From NCBI GenBank assembly GCA_944380305.1, contig CALWHF010000006.1, forward strand, positions 24,422 through 88,421: a DNA stretch of 64,000 nucleotides. The letters are read 5' to 3'. Below the pieces are notes generated by a model. The model made no database searches, was not told the DNA's origin, and saw nothing but the letters and a program-made list of their open reading frames with translations. This document shows positions 8,713 to 18,178 of the stretch, piece after piece (the stretch's first letter is position 1; every line of letters begins with the position of its first letter). This DNA is from an uncultured Christensenellaceae bacterium. Lineage in GTDB: Bacteria; Bacillota; Clostridia; Christensenellales; UBA3700. The position numbers and the translations under genes were made by a program.

Positions 8713-11088
8713 TTATTTCGCGGCTTTTTTCGCTTCGTTGACGTAACGCATGATCTCGCTCACGCCCGCGTATTTTTCAAAGCCGTCCGTACCTGCGACC
8801 ACGAGAGTGGGGGCCTGACGTATGCCGTAGGTCTCAACGAGGTTTGCGTTTTCATCCGCGAGCATCTTGACGTACCGCACGCCGTTATCCGCAAGGAACT
8901 TTTCGGCTATTTTACAGTTGGGGCAAGTCTTTGTCGCGAACAGCATCAGCTGTGCGTCGCCATTCGCGCGGCGGGTCTCCTTGACCTCGTCGGCGACTTT
9001 CTTGCCTTTCTTGAGGCAGGAGTGAGCGATGTCGTAGACCTTTCTGTCCTTGAATTCCTGCGACTTGCCGTCGTTCCAGTTCTGGACGGGGCGGTAGTAG
9101 CCGGTGATACGGCTGTAAACCTCGGTCTTGCCTCCGCATATCGGGCAGACGTACTGCTCGCCCGCGAGGTATCCGTGATCCTTGCATATCGAGTAGGTCG
9201 GAGAGAGCGTGTAGTAAGGCAGTTTGTAGTTGTCCGCGATCTTCTTGACGAGAGCCGCCGCAGCTTTCCAGTCGGGGAGTTTTTCGCCGAGGAACGCGTG
9301 GAACACGGTGCCCGAAGTGTACAGGGTCTGGAGTTCGTCCTGAATGTCGAGCGCATCGAAGATGTCCGAAGTGAAACCGACGGGCAGGTGCGAGCTGTTG
9401 GTGTAGTACGGGGTGCCGTTCTCGTTCGCGGTCACGATGTCGGGGAACTGCTCCTTGTCGTGCTTTGCGAAACGGTACGAGGTGGACTCTGCGGGAGTTG
9501 CCTCGAGGTTGTACAGATCGCCGTATTCCTCCTGATAGTCGGAGAGTCTTTCACGCATGTGGTTGAGCACCTTCTTCGTGAATTCCTGCGCTTCGGAGCT
9601 GGTCATATCCTTTTTGATCCACGCCGCGTTGAGCGCAGCCTCGTTCATGCCGACGAGACCTATCGTCGAGAAGTGGTTGGCGAACGTGCCGAGGTAACGC
9701 TTGGTATAGGGATACAGACCCTCGTCGAGGAGCTTGGTTATGACCGTACGCTTCGTCTTGAGCGAGCGGGCGGAGATGTCCATGAGTCTGTTGAGACGCT
9801 TGAAGAATTCCTCCTCGTTCTTCGACTGGTAGGCGATACGCGGCATGTTGATCGTCACGACGCCGACCGAACCCGTGGATTCGCCGCTGCCGAAGTAGCC
9901 GCCCGACTTCTTTCTGAGTTCTCTGAGGTCGAGACGCAGTCTGCAACACATACTGCGGATGTCGCTCGGCTCCATGTCGGAGTTGATGTAGTTGGAGAAG
10001 TAAGGCGTGCCGTATTTGGAGGTCATCTCGAACAGAAGTCTGTTGTTCTCGGTATCTGACCAGTCGAAGTCGCGGGTTATCGAGTAGGTCGGGATCGGGT
10101 ACTGGAAGCCTCTACCGTTCGCGTCGCCCTCGATCATGACCTCGATAAACGCCTTGTTGACCATATCCATTTCCTTCTTGCAGTCCTTATATTTAAAGTC
10201 CTGCTCCTTGCCGCCGACGATAGCGGGCAGTTCCGCAAGATCCTTGGGGACGACCCAGTCGAGGGTGATGTTGGAGAACGGAGCCTGCGTACCCCAGCGA
10301 GACGGGGTATTGACTCCGTAGATGAAGGATTCGATGCACTTCTTGACCTGATCGTAGGTCAGGTTATCCTTCTTGACGAAGGGTGCGAGGTAGGTGTCGA
10401 AAGAGGAGAATGCCTGCGCGCCCGCCCATTCGTTCTGCATGATACCGAGGAAGTTGACCATCTGGTTGCAGAGAGTGGCGAGGTGGCTTGCGGGAGCGGA
10501 AGTTATCTTGCCGGGGATGCCGCCGAGACCTTCCTGAATGAGCTGCTTGAGCGACCAGCCCGCGCAGTAACCGGTCAACATGCTGAGGTCGTGGATATGA
10601 ATATCCGCGTTTCTGTGCGCCTTGGCGATCTCGTCGTCGTAGATCTCGCTGAGCCAGTAGTTGGCGGTGATCGCGCCGCTGTTGGAGAGTATCAGACCGC
10701 CTACGGAGTAGGTGACCGTGGAGTTCTCCTTCACGCGCCAGTCGGTAGCCTTGACGTAGCTGTCTACGAGAGACTTGTAGTCGAGCATCGTGGACTTCAT
10801 ATTGCGGATCTTCTCTCTCTGACGTCTGTACAGAATGTACGCTTTCGCGACGTCGGAGTAGCCCGCCTGTATGAGTACGGACTCAACGCTGTCCTGGATG
10901 TCTTCGACCGCGATCTTGCCGTCCTTGATCTTGGGCTCGAAGTCTGCGGTGACTTTGAGCGCGAGCATGTCTATCACGCTCGGATGATACTGTTTCTCGT
11001 TCGCTTCGAACGCTTTTGTGATCGCTACGGCAATCTTCTTGATGTCGAATTCGGCGACTGCGCCGTCTCTCTTGATGACCTGGTACAT
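8713..11088 (-). CDS. nrdD: Anaerobic (class III) ribonucleoside-triphosphate reductase with N-terminal ATP cone and C-terminal glutaredoxin-like domain
   Basis: ATP cone (VIKRDG...VEDIQDSVE), SMCCRL finger loop, EATPAES, Zn ribbon (CxxH...CPIC), glycyl radical loop RITGYY, then LFATKTCPNC...IRQAPTL redoxin domain. Confidence 0.96.
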   Translation of the reverse strand: MYQVIKRDGAVAEFDIKKIAVAITKAFEANEKQYHPSVIDMLALKVTADFEPKIKDGKIAVEDIQDSVESVLIQAGYSDVAKAYILYRRQREKIRNMKSTMLDYKSLVDSYVKATDWRVKENSTVTYSVGGLILSNSGAITANYWLSEIYDDEIAKAHRNADIHIHDLSMLTGYCAGWSLKQLIQEGLGGIPGKITSAPASHLATLCNQMVNFLGIMQNEWAGAQAFSSFDTYLAPFVKKDNLTYDQVKKCIESFIYGVNTPSRWGTQAPFSNITLDWVVPKDLAELPAIVGGKEQDFKYKDCKKEMDMVNKAFIEVMIEGDANGRGFQYPIPTYSITRDFDWSDTENNRLLFEMTSKYGTPYFSNYINSDMEPSDIRSMCCRLRLDLRELRKKSGGYFGSGESTGSVGVVTINMPRIAYQSKNEEEFFKRLNRLMDISARSLKTKRTVITKLLDEGLYPYTKRYLGTFANHFSTIGLVGMNEAALNAAWIKKDMTSSEAQEFTKKVLNHMRERLSDYQEEYGDLYNLEATPAESTSYRFAKHDKEQFPDIVTANENGTPYYTNSSHLPVGFTSDIFDALDIQDELQTLYTSGTVFHAFLGEKLPDWKAAAALVKKIADNYKLPYYTLSPTYSICKDHGYLAGEQYVCPICGGKTEVYSRITGYYRPVQNWNDGKSQEFKDRKVYDIAHSCLKKGKKVADEVKETRRANGDAQLMLFATKTCPNCKIAEKFLADNGVRYVKMLADENANLVETYGIRQAPTLVVAGTDGFEKYAGVSEIMRYVNEAKKAAK

Positions 11089-11154
11089 AATATCTCCTTC
11101 TTATTCGCGGCTTTATCCGCGAGTAAGATTCATTATATCATCAAGGCAAAGCTG

Positions 11155-11204
11155 TGTCAATATATTGTGGCAATATTTTTTGACAAACTACAATATATTG
11201 TGGT
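11155..11204 (-). promoter_or_regulatory. Tandem NrdR boxes upstream of nrdD
   Basis: caatatattgtgg at 11158 and 11191 (33 bp apart), matching the NrdR consensus acaCwAtATaTwGtg on the minus strand. Confidence 0.85.
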
Positions 11205-11366
11205 TTTTGTGTTTTATGGCATATTTTGAAAAATCGGAAAAAACGCGCAGAAACGGTGTCGGAACGCCCTCAGAGACGAAAAGGACGCGAAATCGGGGCA
11301 AAAGAGAAGTCCCCGCAAAATCGCGGGGACACTACATATTGGAGGCGGGCTTAAGATGTCGTCGGT

Positions 11367-12053
11367 TCAGTTTTCTCCTCTTATTTTCACCGAAGGGACG
11401 AGGGGGCGCATTATCTCTGTGAAGCGGCGCAGTTTTTCGTCCGAGCAGGGGGAGAGATTGCCGTATGGTACGGCGTCGCTGTCCTTGAAGTTTTGCAGAT
11501 AATAGCGTTTCGCGCCCGCTATCCATTGAGAGAGCTTCAGCATATCCTCTTCGCGGTGCAGTTCGTCGGCGACGGTAGTGCGCATTTCGTAATCCACGGC
11601 GTCCGAGATCAGGTATTTCACGCTTTCGTCAATTTTTGAGACGTCGATCGCGGTGCCCGCAGTCAGAGCGTAACGCTCTTTGCAGTTCTTGACGTCCATC
11701 GCGACGGTGTCCACGAGTCTGCTTTCGACGAGATTGCGCAGTTTGTCGGGATAGGAACCGTTCGTGTCCAGTTTTACCGAGTAACCCAGTTCCTTTATCT
11801 CGGAAAGCAGGGCGGATATATCGTCGTGTACGAGAGGTTCTCCTCCCGTCACGCATACGCCGTCCAGCACTCCTTTGCGTTTTTTCAGAAAGGAGAGAAG
11901 TTCTTTAGGATCGACGTCTTCTCCTTTGCCGTTCACTATCTCCCAGTTCTGACAGAACGGGCAGCGGAAATTGCAGCCCGCGAGGAACACCGTGCAGGCG
12001 ACTTTCCCCGGGTAATCGAGAAGAGTGGTCTTCTGAAGTCCGGCTATTACCAT
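11367..12053 (-). CDS. nrdG: Anaerobic RNR activating protein (radical SAM)
   Basis: IAGLQKTTLLDYPG, CNFRCPFC radical SAM motif, TGGEP, KLDTNGS; adjacent to nrdD. Confidence 0.93.
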   Translation of the reverse strand: MVIAGLQKTTLLDYPGKVACTVFLAGCNFRCPFCQNWEIVNGKGEDVDPKELLSFLKKRKGVLDGVCVTGGEPLVHDDISALLSEIKELGYSVKLDTNGSYPDKLRNLVESRLVDTVAMDVKNCKERYALTAGTAIDVSKIDESVKYLISDAVDYEMRTTVADELHREEDMLKLSQWIAGAKRYYLQNFKDSDAVPYGNLSPCSDEKLRRFTEIMRPLVPSVKIRGEN

Positions 12054-12248
12054 AAAACCTCCTTTATCGCCGCGTCGCCTCAGTGCGGCGTGCGGTCGCT
12101 GCGCTCCTTAGCGCGTGTATAGATACCATATATATTCCACATATCCGGTCTGAATGCGGCGTTGTTTGCGTTTCGTGCGACGAGTCGCGGTTTCTGCGCA
12201 AAGACGGCAAAAAAAGCGGGCGTTGCCGCCCGCGCCGTTTCGTCAGCG

Positions 12249-13016
12249 TCAGTCGCTGTTGTATTTTTCCGTCCTAGGGATCTGCGTATATTCCTTGGGG
12301 CTGACTCCCGTGACCTTCTTGAACACTCTGGAGAAATAGAGCTGGTCGCTGAAGCCGCACATTTCGGCTATCTCGTATATCTTGTAATTATTGATATTCT
12401 TGCTGAGCAGCAGTTTCTGCGCGAAGCCTATACGCGTCACGTTGAGGAACTGAAGAGGGGAGATGCCCTTTTCCTTTATGAATTGCCTGCGGATATAGTC
12501 TTTGCTGAGAGGGAAGGTCGCATATACGTCGTCGAGCGAGAAGTTGGGGTCGGAGAAGTTTTCGACTATGCTGCTTGCGATCATCTCGACGTGCTGAGAA
12601 CAGTTGTCGCTGCCCGCGAAACTCGAGATCATGTTGAGCGTCAGCTCCGTGAACGAAAGTATGATGTTCGCCTGGTTTGGCACTTCGGCGTTGAAGTAGC
12701 GGTAGCACAGCGTCAGCACGTTGAAAATGTCCTTCTGCGGGTTGTCGCTGAGAATGATCGCCTTTTTGAAAGAGGGCGTCCAGTTCGCAACCGTCAGGTA
12801 TATGTTTTTGAATCCCATCTTGGAATCGTTGGTGTGCAGAGTATGCGGGGGAATGATGACCATCTGATTGCGCGAATATTCTATCGCGTCGCTGCCGTCG
12901 AAGAAGGTTATCGTTCCGTCTCCGTTCGTGCAGTAAATGATTTCCCAATAATCGTGCTGGTGCTGGGAAACGTGAAAGGTCTTCATGTTCTTTCCAATAT
13001 AATTAATGATCGGCAT
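12249..13016 (-). CDS. AraC family transcriptional regulator with N-terminal cupin
   Basis: HQHDYWEIIYC cupin and EIAEMCGFSDQLYFSRVFKK HTH; divergent from the sugar operon. Confidence 0.93.
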   Translation of the reverse strand: MPIINYIGKNMKTFHVSQHQHDYWEIIYCTNGDGTITFFDGSDAIEYSRNQMVIIPPHTLHTNDSKMGFKNIYLTVANWTPSFKKAIILSDNPQKDIFNVLTLCYRYFNAEVPNQANIILSFTELTLNMISSFAGSDNCSQHVEMIASSIVENFSDPNFSLDDVYATFPLSKDYIRRQFIKEKGISPLQFLNVTRIGFAQKLLLSKNINNYKIYEIAEMCGFSDQLYFSRVFKKVTGVSPKEYTQIPRTEKYNSD

Positions 13017-13035
13017 AAATTCACCTCCGAGTATT

Positions 13036-13113
13036 ATTCTAGCGCATTTAACCTATTTTGTCCATAATTTTTTTACAATTTACCTTGAAAAATTTTTCCC
13101 TTTAATTTATAAT
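13036..13113. promoter_or_regulatory. Divergent promoters for the AraC regulator and the eda operon
   Basis: Plus strand: TTGAAA(13085)-17-TATAAT(13108). Minus strand: TGGACA(13064)-17-TAGAAT(13041). Confidence 0.7.
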
Positions 13114-13187
13114 AAATTTATCGGGCGTAACGCGCCCGCAAGTGCGGCGTATTCAAAGGTTTTGCTTTTCGCCGACGGAGGAGATCA

Positions 13188-13829
13188 ATGGACAAGTTTG
13201 AAGTTTATTCGGCAATCAAAAAAGAGGGCGTTGTGGTCGTCATAAGAGGCGACAGCGTCGAGCAGGCTCTGAAGACGGTAGACGCCTGCTACAAGGGCGG
13301 CATAAAGTTTATCGAAGTGACTTTCACCGTTCCGCACGCCGACGCGATAATATCCGCGCTTTGCGAGAAATACAAGGGCACAGACATGGTGGTCGGCGCG
13401 GGCACGGTCCTCGACGCAGAGACCGCGAGAGCGGCGATTCTTGCGGGAGCGCAGTTCGTGTTCAGCCCCAGTTTCGATGCCGCAACGATAAAACTGTGCA
13501 ACCGATATGCGGTAGCGGTAGTGCCCGGCGTATTCACTCCGACCGAGGCGGTCGCGGCTCTCGAGCTGGGCGCGAATTTCGTAAAACTTTTCCCGGGAGA
13601 CGTAGCTACGCCTGCGGGACTCAAGGCACTCAGAGGACCTTTGCCGCAGCTTCAGATAATGCCGACCGGCGGCGTAAGTCTCGCCAACGTGGAGGACTGG
13701 TTCAAGGCGGGCGCGGTCGCGGTAGGCGCAGGCTCGTTCGTGACCAAGGGCGCGAAGAAAGGCGACTACGAAGAGGTCGAGAAGACGGCGAGAGAGCTTG
13801 TCGAAAAAGTCAGGAACATCAAGAAATAA
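13188..13829 (+). CDS. eda: KDPG/KHG aldolase
   Basis: IEVTFT, VGAGTVLD, VKLFPG, MPTGGVS motifs. Confidence 0.93.
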   Translation: MDKFEVYSAIKKEGVVVVIRGDSVEQALKTVDACYKGGIKFIEVTFTVPHADAIISALCEKYKGTDMVVGAGTVLDAETARAAILAGAQFVFSPSFDAATIKLCNRYAVAVVPGVFTPTEAVAALELGANFVKLFPGDVATPAGLKALRGPLPQLQIMPTGGVSLANVEDWFKAGAVAVGAGSFVTKGAKKGDYEEVEKTARELVEKVRNIKK

Positions 13830-13844
13830 GAGAGGTTTGACGAT

Positions 13845-14867
13845 ATGAGTATATTGACGGTAGGAGAGATAATGCTCAGACTTCAGCCGTACGGATACAA
13901 GAGATTCGCGCAGGCGGAGGCGTACGAAGCCGTTTACGGCGGAGGAGAGGCGAACGTCGCGGTGTCGCTTGCTCAATTCGGCGAGGACGTTTCGTTCTTC
14001 ACGAAACTGCCCGCAAACGCTATAGCCGACAGGTGCGTGGGAGAACTGCGCAGATACGGCGTGGACACGAAGAAGATCGTACGCGGCGGCGAAAGAATGG
14101 GCATTTACTTTTGCGAGAAGGGCTGTTCTCAGCGTCCGAGCAACGTGATATACGACAGGGCGCACAGCGCGATCAGCGAGATCGAGCCGGAGGACGTGGA
14201 CACCGACAGATTGCTCGACGGCGTCGAATGGCTGCACTGGACGGGCATTACTCCCGCGATCTCCGACAAGACCGCGAAGGTGCTCGCGATCATCCTCGCG
14301 GCAGCAAAGAAAAAGAATATAAAGGTGTCGTGCGACCTCAATTACCGCAAGAAACTGTGGAGCAAGCAGAAGGCGAACGAAGTTATGTCCGAGCTTGTAA
14401 AGACGGTGGACGTGCTGATAAGCAACGAAGAGGACTGCAAGGACGTGTTCGGCATAGAGGCGGACGACAGCAATATAAGCGGCGGCAAGCTGAACAAGGA
14501 GGGTTACGCCGCTCTCGGCGCGAAGGTGCTTGCGAAGTTCCCCGCGCTTTCGGGCATAGCGTTCACTCTCAGAGAGAGCCACAGCGCGAGCCGCAACGGC
14601 TGGTCGGCGATATACGTCACGAGAAACGCGGTATTCGAGAGCAAACATTACGAAATAGACATCGTAGACAGAGTGGGCGGCGGCGACAGTTTCGGCGCGG
14701 GACTCATCTACGGGCTCAGGAACGGTCTCGGAGAACAGGCGGCACTCGAATTCGCGGTCGCGGCATCCTGCCTCAAACATACGGTAGAGGGCGACTTCAA
14801 CGTCGTTTCCGTTGCCGAAGTCAAAAAACTCGCGGAGGGCGACGGCAGTGGTAGAGTACAGAGATAA
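13845..14867 (+). CDS. kdgK: 2-keto-3-deoxygluconate kinase (PfkB family)
   Basis: GEIMLRL, GGGEANVA, CDLNYRKKLW, IVDRVGGGDSF. Confidence 0.92.
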   Translation: MSILTVGEIMLRLQPYGYKRFAQAEAYEAVYGGGEANVAVSLAQFGEDVSFFTKLPANAIADRCVGELRRYGVDTKKIVRGGERMGIYFCEKGCSQRPSNVIYDRAHSAISEIEPEDVDTDRLLDGVEWLHWTGITPAISDKTAKVLAIILAAAKKKNIKVSCDLNYRKKLWSKQKANEVMSELVKTVDVLISNEEDCKDVFGIEADDSNISGGKLNKEGYAALGAKVLAKFPALSGIAFTLRESHSASRNGWSAIYVTRNAVFESKHYEIDIVDRVGGGDSFGAGLIYGLRNGLGEQAALEFAVAASCLKHTVEGDFNVVSVAEVKKLAEGDGSGRVQR

Positions 14868-16218
14868 CGTGATAAAACTTCTTGGTTCCGAAAGAGCCGA
14901 AAAGATATACGCGGCGGTCAAGGATCTGCCGATAATCGATTATCATTGTCATCTGTCTCCCAAAGAGATATTCGAGGACAAGCCTTTCGACGACATCGGC
15001 GAGATATGGCTTGCGGGCGATCACTATAAGTGGAGACTCATGCGCGGCTACGGCGTCGACGAGAAATATATCACGGGCGACGCGTCGTGGGAAGAAAAGT
15101 TCGACAAGTTCGCCGAGGCGGTCGGTTACGCGCTCGGCAATCCCGTAAAGGACTGGGTCGCGGCTGAGCTGATGTTCTTCTTCGGCATCACGACCCCGCT
15201 GAATAAGGATACCGCGAAAGAGATAAGAAAGCAGGCAAACGCGGTGATAAAAGAGAAGAAGATCTCCCCCCGCAAGCTGATAGAGGCGGCGAACGTGGAG
15301 TATATCGCGACGACCGACGATCCCTGCGACAGCCTCGAGTGGCACGACAGGATAGCAAAGGAAGGCGTGCTCAAAGCCAAGGTCGCGCCGACCTTCAGGG
15401 TGGACAACCTCGTATCTGTGGAAAAAGCGGATTACGCGGCGTACCTTGCAAGGCTCGCGGACGCGAGCGGCGTGAAGATAATCTCTCTCGCAACGTTGCG
15501 CGAGGCGGTCGGGAAAAGGCTGGATTTCTTCGTGAGCAAAGGTTGCAGATTTTCCGATATAGGAGTGGCAGGATTCCCGTGCGGCGTCGCGGACGAGAAA
15601 GCGGCGGCGGAAACCTTCGCGAAGATACTGTCGGGCGGCAAGGCTTCTGACGAGGAGATAAGCGCGCTCAAGGGTTATCTCTACGTCTATCTTGCGGCCG
15701 AGTACAAAAAGCGCGGCATCACTATGCAGATGCACCTCGCCGTGACCCGCAATTCGAACAGCGCGATGTTCGCAAAGTGCGGCGCGGACAGCGGTTTCGA
15801 CTGCGTCGGTAATTCGATAGACACCGACAAGCTGACCGCGGTGATAGACAGGATGAACGCGGGAGACGGCCTCCCCGAGACGATAATCTACACTCTCAAC
15901 CCGACGATGTACTATACGCTGATCACGATGATAGGCGCGTTCAGGGGAGTGCACCTCGGCGTCAGCTGGTGGTTCTGCGACCACAGACGCGGCATGAGAG
16001 AGACTTTTGACAGGCTGACAGAGCTGGGTCATATCTGCTCGATGGTGGGCATGCTGACCGACAGCAGGAGTTTCCTGTCCTATACCAGACACGACTATTA
16101 CAGGCAATGTCTCTGCGACTTCCTCGCGGACAATTCGTCCGAAAGGGACGGCGACGCGCCGACAGAGGTCGCGAAGAGGTTGTGCTATTATAACGCAAAG
16201 GAACTTTTGGAGGAATAA
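14848..16218 (+). CDS. uxaC: Glucuronate (uronate) isomerase
   Basis: PIIDYHCHL, GDHYKWRLMR, TTDDP, WWFCD, GMLTDSRSFLSYTRHDY. Likely GTG start at 14848 after GGAGG. Confidence 0.95.
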   Translation: MVEYRDNVIKLLGSERAEKIYAAVKDLPIIDYHCHLSPKEIFEDKPFDDIGEIWLAGDHYKWRLMRGYGVDEKYITGDASWEEKFDKFAEAVGYALGNPVKDWVAAELMFFFGITTPLNKDTAKEIRKQANAVIKEKKISPRKLIEAANVEYIATTDDPCDSLEWHDRIAKEGVLKAKVAPTFRVDNLVSVEKADYAAYLARLADASGVKIISLATLREAVGKRLDFFVSKGCRFSDIGVAGFPCGVADEKAAAETFAKILSGGKASDEEISALKGYLYVYLAAEYKKRGITMQMHLAVTRNSNSAMFAKCGADSGFDCVGNSIDTDKLTAVIDRMNAGDGLPETIIYTLNPTMYYTLITMIGAFRGVHLGVSWWFCDHRRGMRETFDRLTELGHICSMVGMLTDSRSFLSYTRHDYYRQCLCDFLADNSSERDGDAPTEVAKRLCYYNAKELLEE

Positions 16219-16220
16219 TT

Positions 16221-17270
16221 ATGGCATTCAGAATGACTTTCAGATGGTACGGCGAAAACGACAAGGTCACGCTTGACGACATCAGGCAGATACCTTGTGT
16301 CGAAGGCGTGGTATCGGCGATATACGACGTTCCCGTCGGCGAGGTCTGGCCCGTAGAGAAGATCGAGAGACTCAAGAAACTCGCAAACGACAAGGGGCTG
16401 ACCTTCGAAGTCGTCGAGAGCGTGCCCGTTCACGAGGACATCAAGCTGGGCAACGCCAACGCGGCGAGACTCATCGAGAACTACAAGGAGAACGTCAGAC
16501 GTCTCGGCAAGGCGGGAGTCAAGTGTATCTGCTATAACTTCATGCCCGTGTTCGACTGGCTGAGGAGCAATCTCGCGAAGGAACTGCCTGACGGCTCTAA
16601 CGCGCTCGCGTACGATCACGAGACCGTGCTTGCGATGAACCCGCTGACCAGCGAGCTTTCGCTGCCCGGCTGGGACGCGAGCTATACGAGAGAGGGACTC
16701 AAAGGACTTCTCGAGCAATACAAAGACATAGACGACGAAAAGCTGTGGGAGAACATGACGGTATTCCTCAAAGAGGTCGTCCCCGTAGCGGAGGAGAGCG
16801 GAGTCAAAATGGCGATACACCCCGACGATCCGCCGTGGGGTATCTTCGGTCTGCCCAGAGTCATCATCGACGAGAAGAATCTCAAGAGATTCCTGTCCAT
16901 CGTCGACAGCCCGAGCAACGGCATAACGCTGTGCACAGGCTCTCTCGGCGTCAACCCGAAGAACGATCTCGTATCCATGATAAAGACCTGCAAGGGCAGA
17001 ATGCCTTTCGTGCACCTGCGCAACATCAAGATCACGGGCGATCACTGTTTCGAAGAGAGCGGTCATCTCAGCGAAAAGGGAAGCCTCGATATGTACGATA
17101 TAATCAAAGCTCTGTACGACGGCGGTTTCGACGGTTACGTCCGTCCCGACCACGGCAGAATGATATGGGGAGAGACGGGCAGAGCGGGTTACGGTCTGTA
17201 CGACCGCGCGCTCGGAGCGATGTATCTGCAAGGCATTATCGAGGCGGTCGAAAAGAACGCAAAGAAGTAA
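16221..17270 (+). CDS. uxuA: Mannonate dehydratase
   Basis: MTFRWYG, CYNFMPVFDW, AIHPDDPP, RPDHGR, GYGLYDRALG. Confidence 0.96.
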   Translation: MAFRMTFRWYGENDKVTLDDIRQIPCVEGVVSAIYDVPVGEVWPVEKIERLKKLANDKGLTFEVVESVPVHEDIKLGNANAARLIENYKENVRRLGKAGVKCICYNFMPVFDWLRSNLAKELPDGSNALAYDHETVLAMNPLTSELSLPGWDASYTREGLKGLLEQYKDIDDEKLWENMTVFLKEVVPVAEESGVKMAIHPDDPPWGIFGLPRVIIDEKNLKRFLSIVDSPSNGITLCTGSLGVNPKNDLVSMIKTCKGRMPFVHLRNIKITGDHCFEESGHLSEKGSLDMYDIIKALYDGGFDGYVRPDHGRMIWGETGRAGYGLYDRALGAMYLQGIIEAVEKNAKK

Positions 17271-17320
17271 TAAACAAGGATAATATTAAGAATCAATATA
17301 AATAAGGAAGGAGAAAAATC

Positions 17321-18154
17321 ATGTCGGTCTACAAGAACAAAGTGGTGGTCATCACCGGCGCGGGCGGCATCCTGTGCAGCGAGATAGCAAAAGAATACGC
17401 GAAATACGGCGCGAAGATAGCAGTGCTCGACCTCAATCTCGAGGCGGCGCAGAAAGTCGCGGACGAAATAGTCGCGGACGGCGGCGTGGCAAAGGCGTAC
17501 AAGGTCAACTGCCTCGACAAGGAGAACATGGAGCAGGCGAGAGTCGAGATCAACAAGGACCTCGGCAAGTGCGATCTTCTCGTAAACGGCGCGGGCGGCA
17601 ACAACCCCAAGGGCACGACGACCAACGACTACTTCGATATGGCGGACGTAGAGAACCCTGACGTCAAGAGTTTCTTCGACCTCGACGGCAACGGCGTGGA
17701 CTTCGTGTTCAAACTCAACTTCCTCGCGACGTTCCTGACCACGCAGGTGTTTGCGAAAGACATGGTGGAAAGAGGCGGCAACATCATCAACATCTCGTCG
17801 ATGAACGCTTTCAGACCTCTGACCAGGATACCCGCGTACAGCGGCGCGAAGGCGGCGGTCAGCAACTTCACGCAGTGGCTCGCGGTACACTTCGCGAAGG
17901 CGGGCATAAGGGTCAACGCGATTGCTCCCGGTTTCTTCGTGACCAACCAGAACAGAGCGTTGCTGTTCAACCCCGACGGCACTCCTTCGGCTCGTGCGGA
18001 AAAGATACTGCGCGGCACCCCGATGGGCAGATTCGGCGAGGCGAAAGAGCTGATGGGCACTATGTTGTGGCTCGCAGACGACGAAAAGGCGGGGTTCGTG
18101 ACGGGTATCGTCGTTCCGATAGACGGCGGTTTCTCGGCATATTCGGGAGTCTGA
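17321..18154 (+). CDS. uxuB: D-mannonate oxidoreductase (SDR type)
   Basis: ITGAGGILC, NGAGGN, PLTRIPAYSGAKAAVSNFTQWLAV; genomic context. Confidence 0.88.
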   Translation: MSVYKNKVVVITGAGGILCSEIAKEYAKYGAKIAVLDLNLEAAQKVADEIVADGGVAKAYKVNCLDKENMEQARVEINKDLGKCDLLVNGAGGNNPKGTTTNDYFDMADVENPDVKSFFDLDGNGVDFVFKLNFLATFLTTQVFAKDMVERGGNIINISSMNAFRPLTRIPAYSGAKAAVSNFTQWLAVHFAKAGIRVNAIAPGFFVTNQNRALLFNPDGTPSARAEKILRGTPMGRFGEAKELMGTMLWLADDEKAGFVTGIVVPIDGGFSAYSGV

Positions 18155-18178
18155 TTATACGGAAAAACAGGAGAGATT

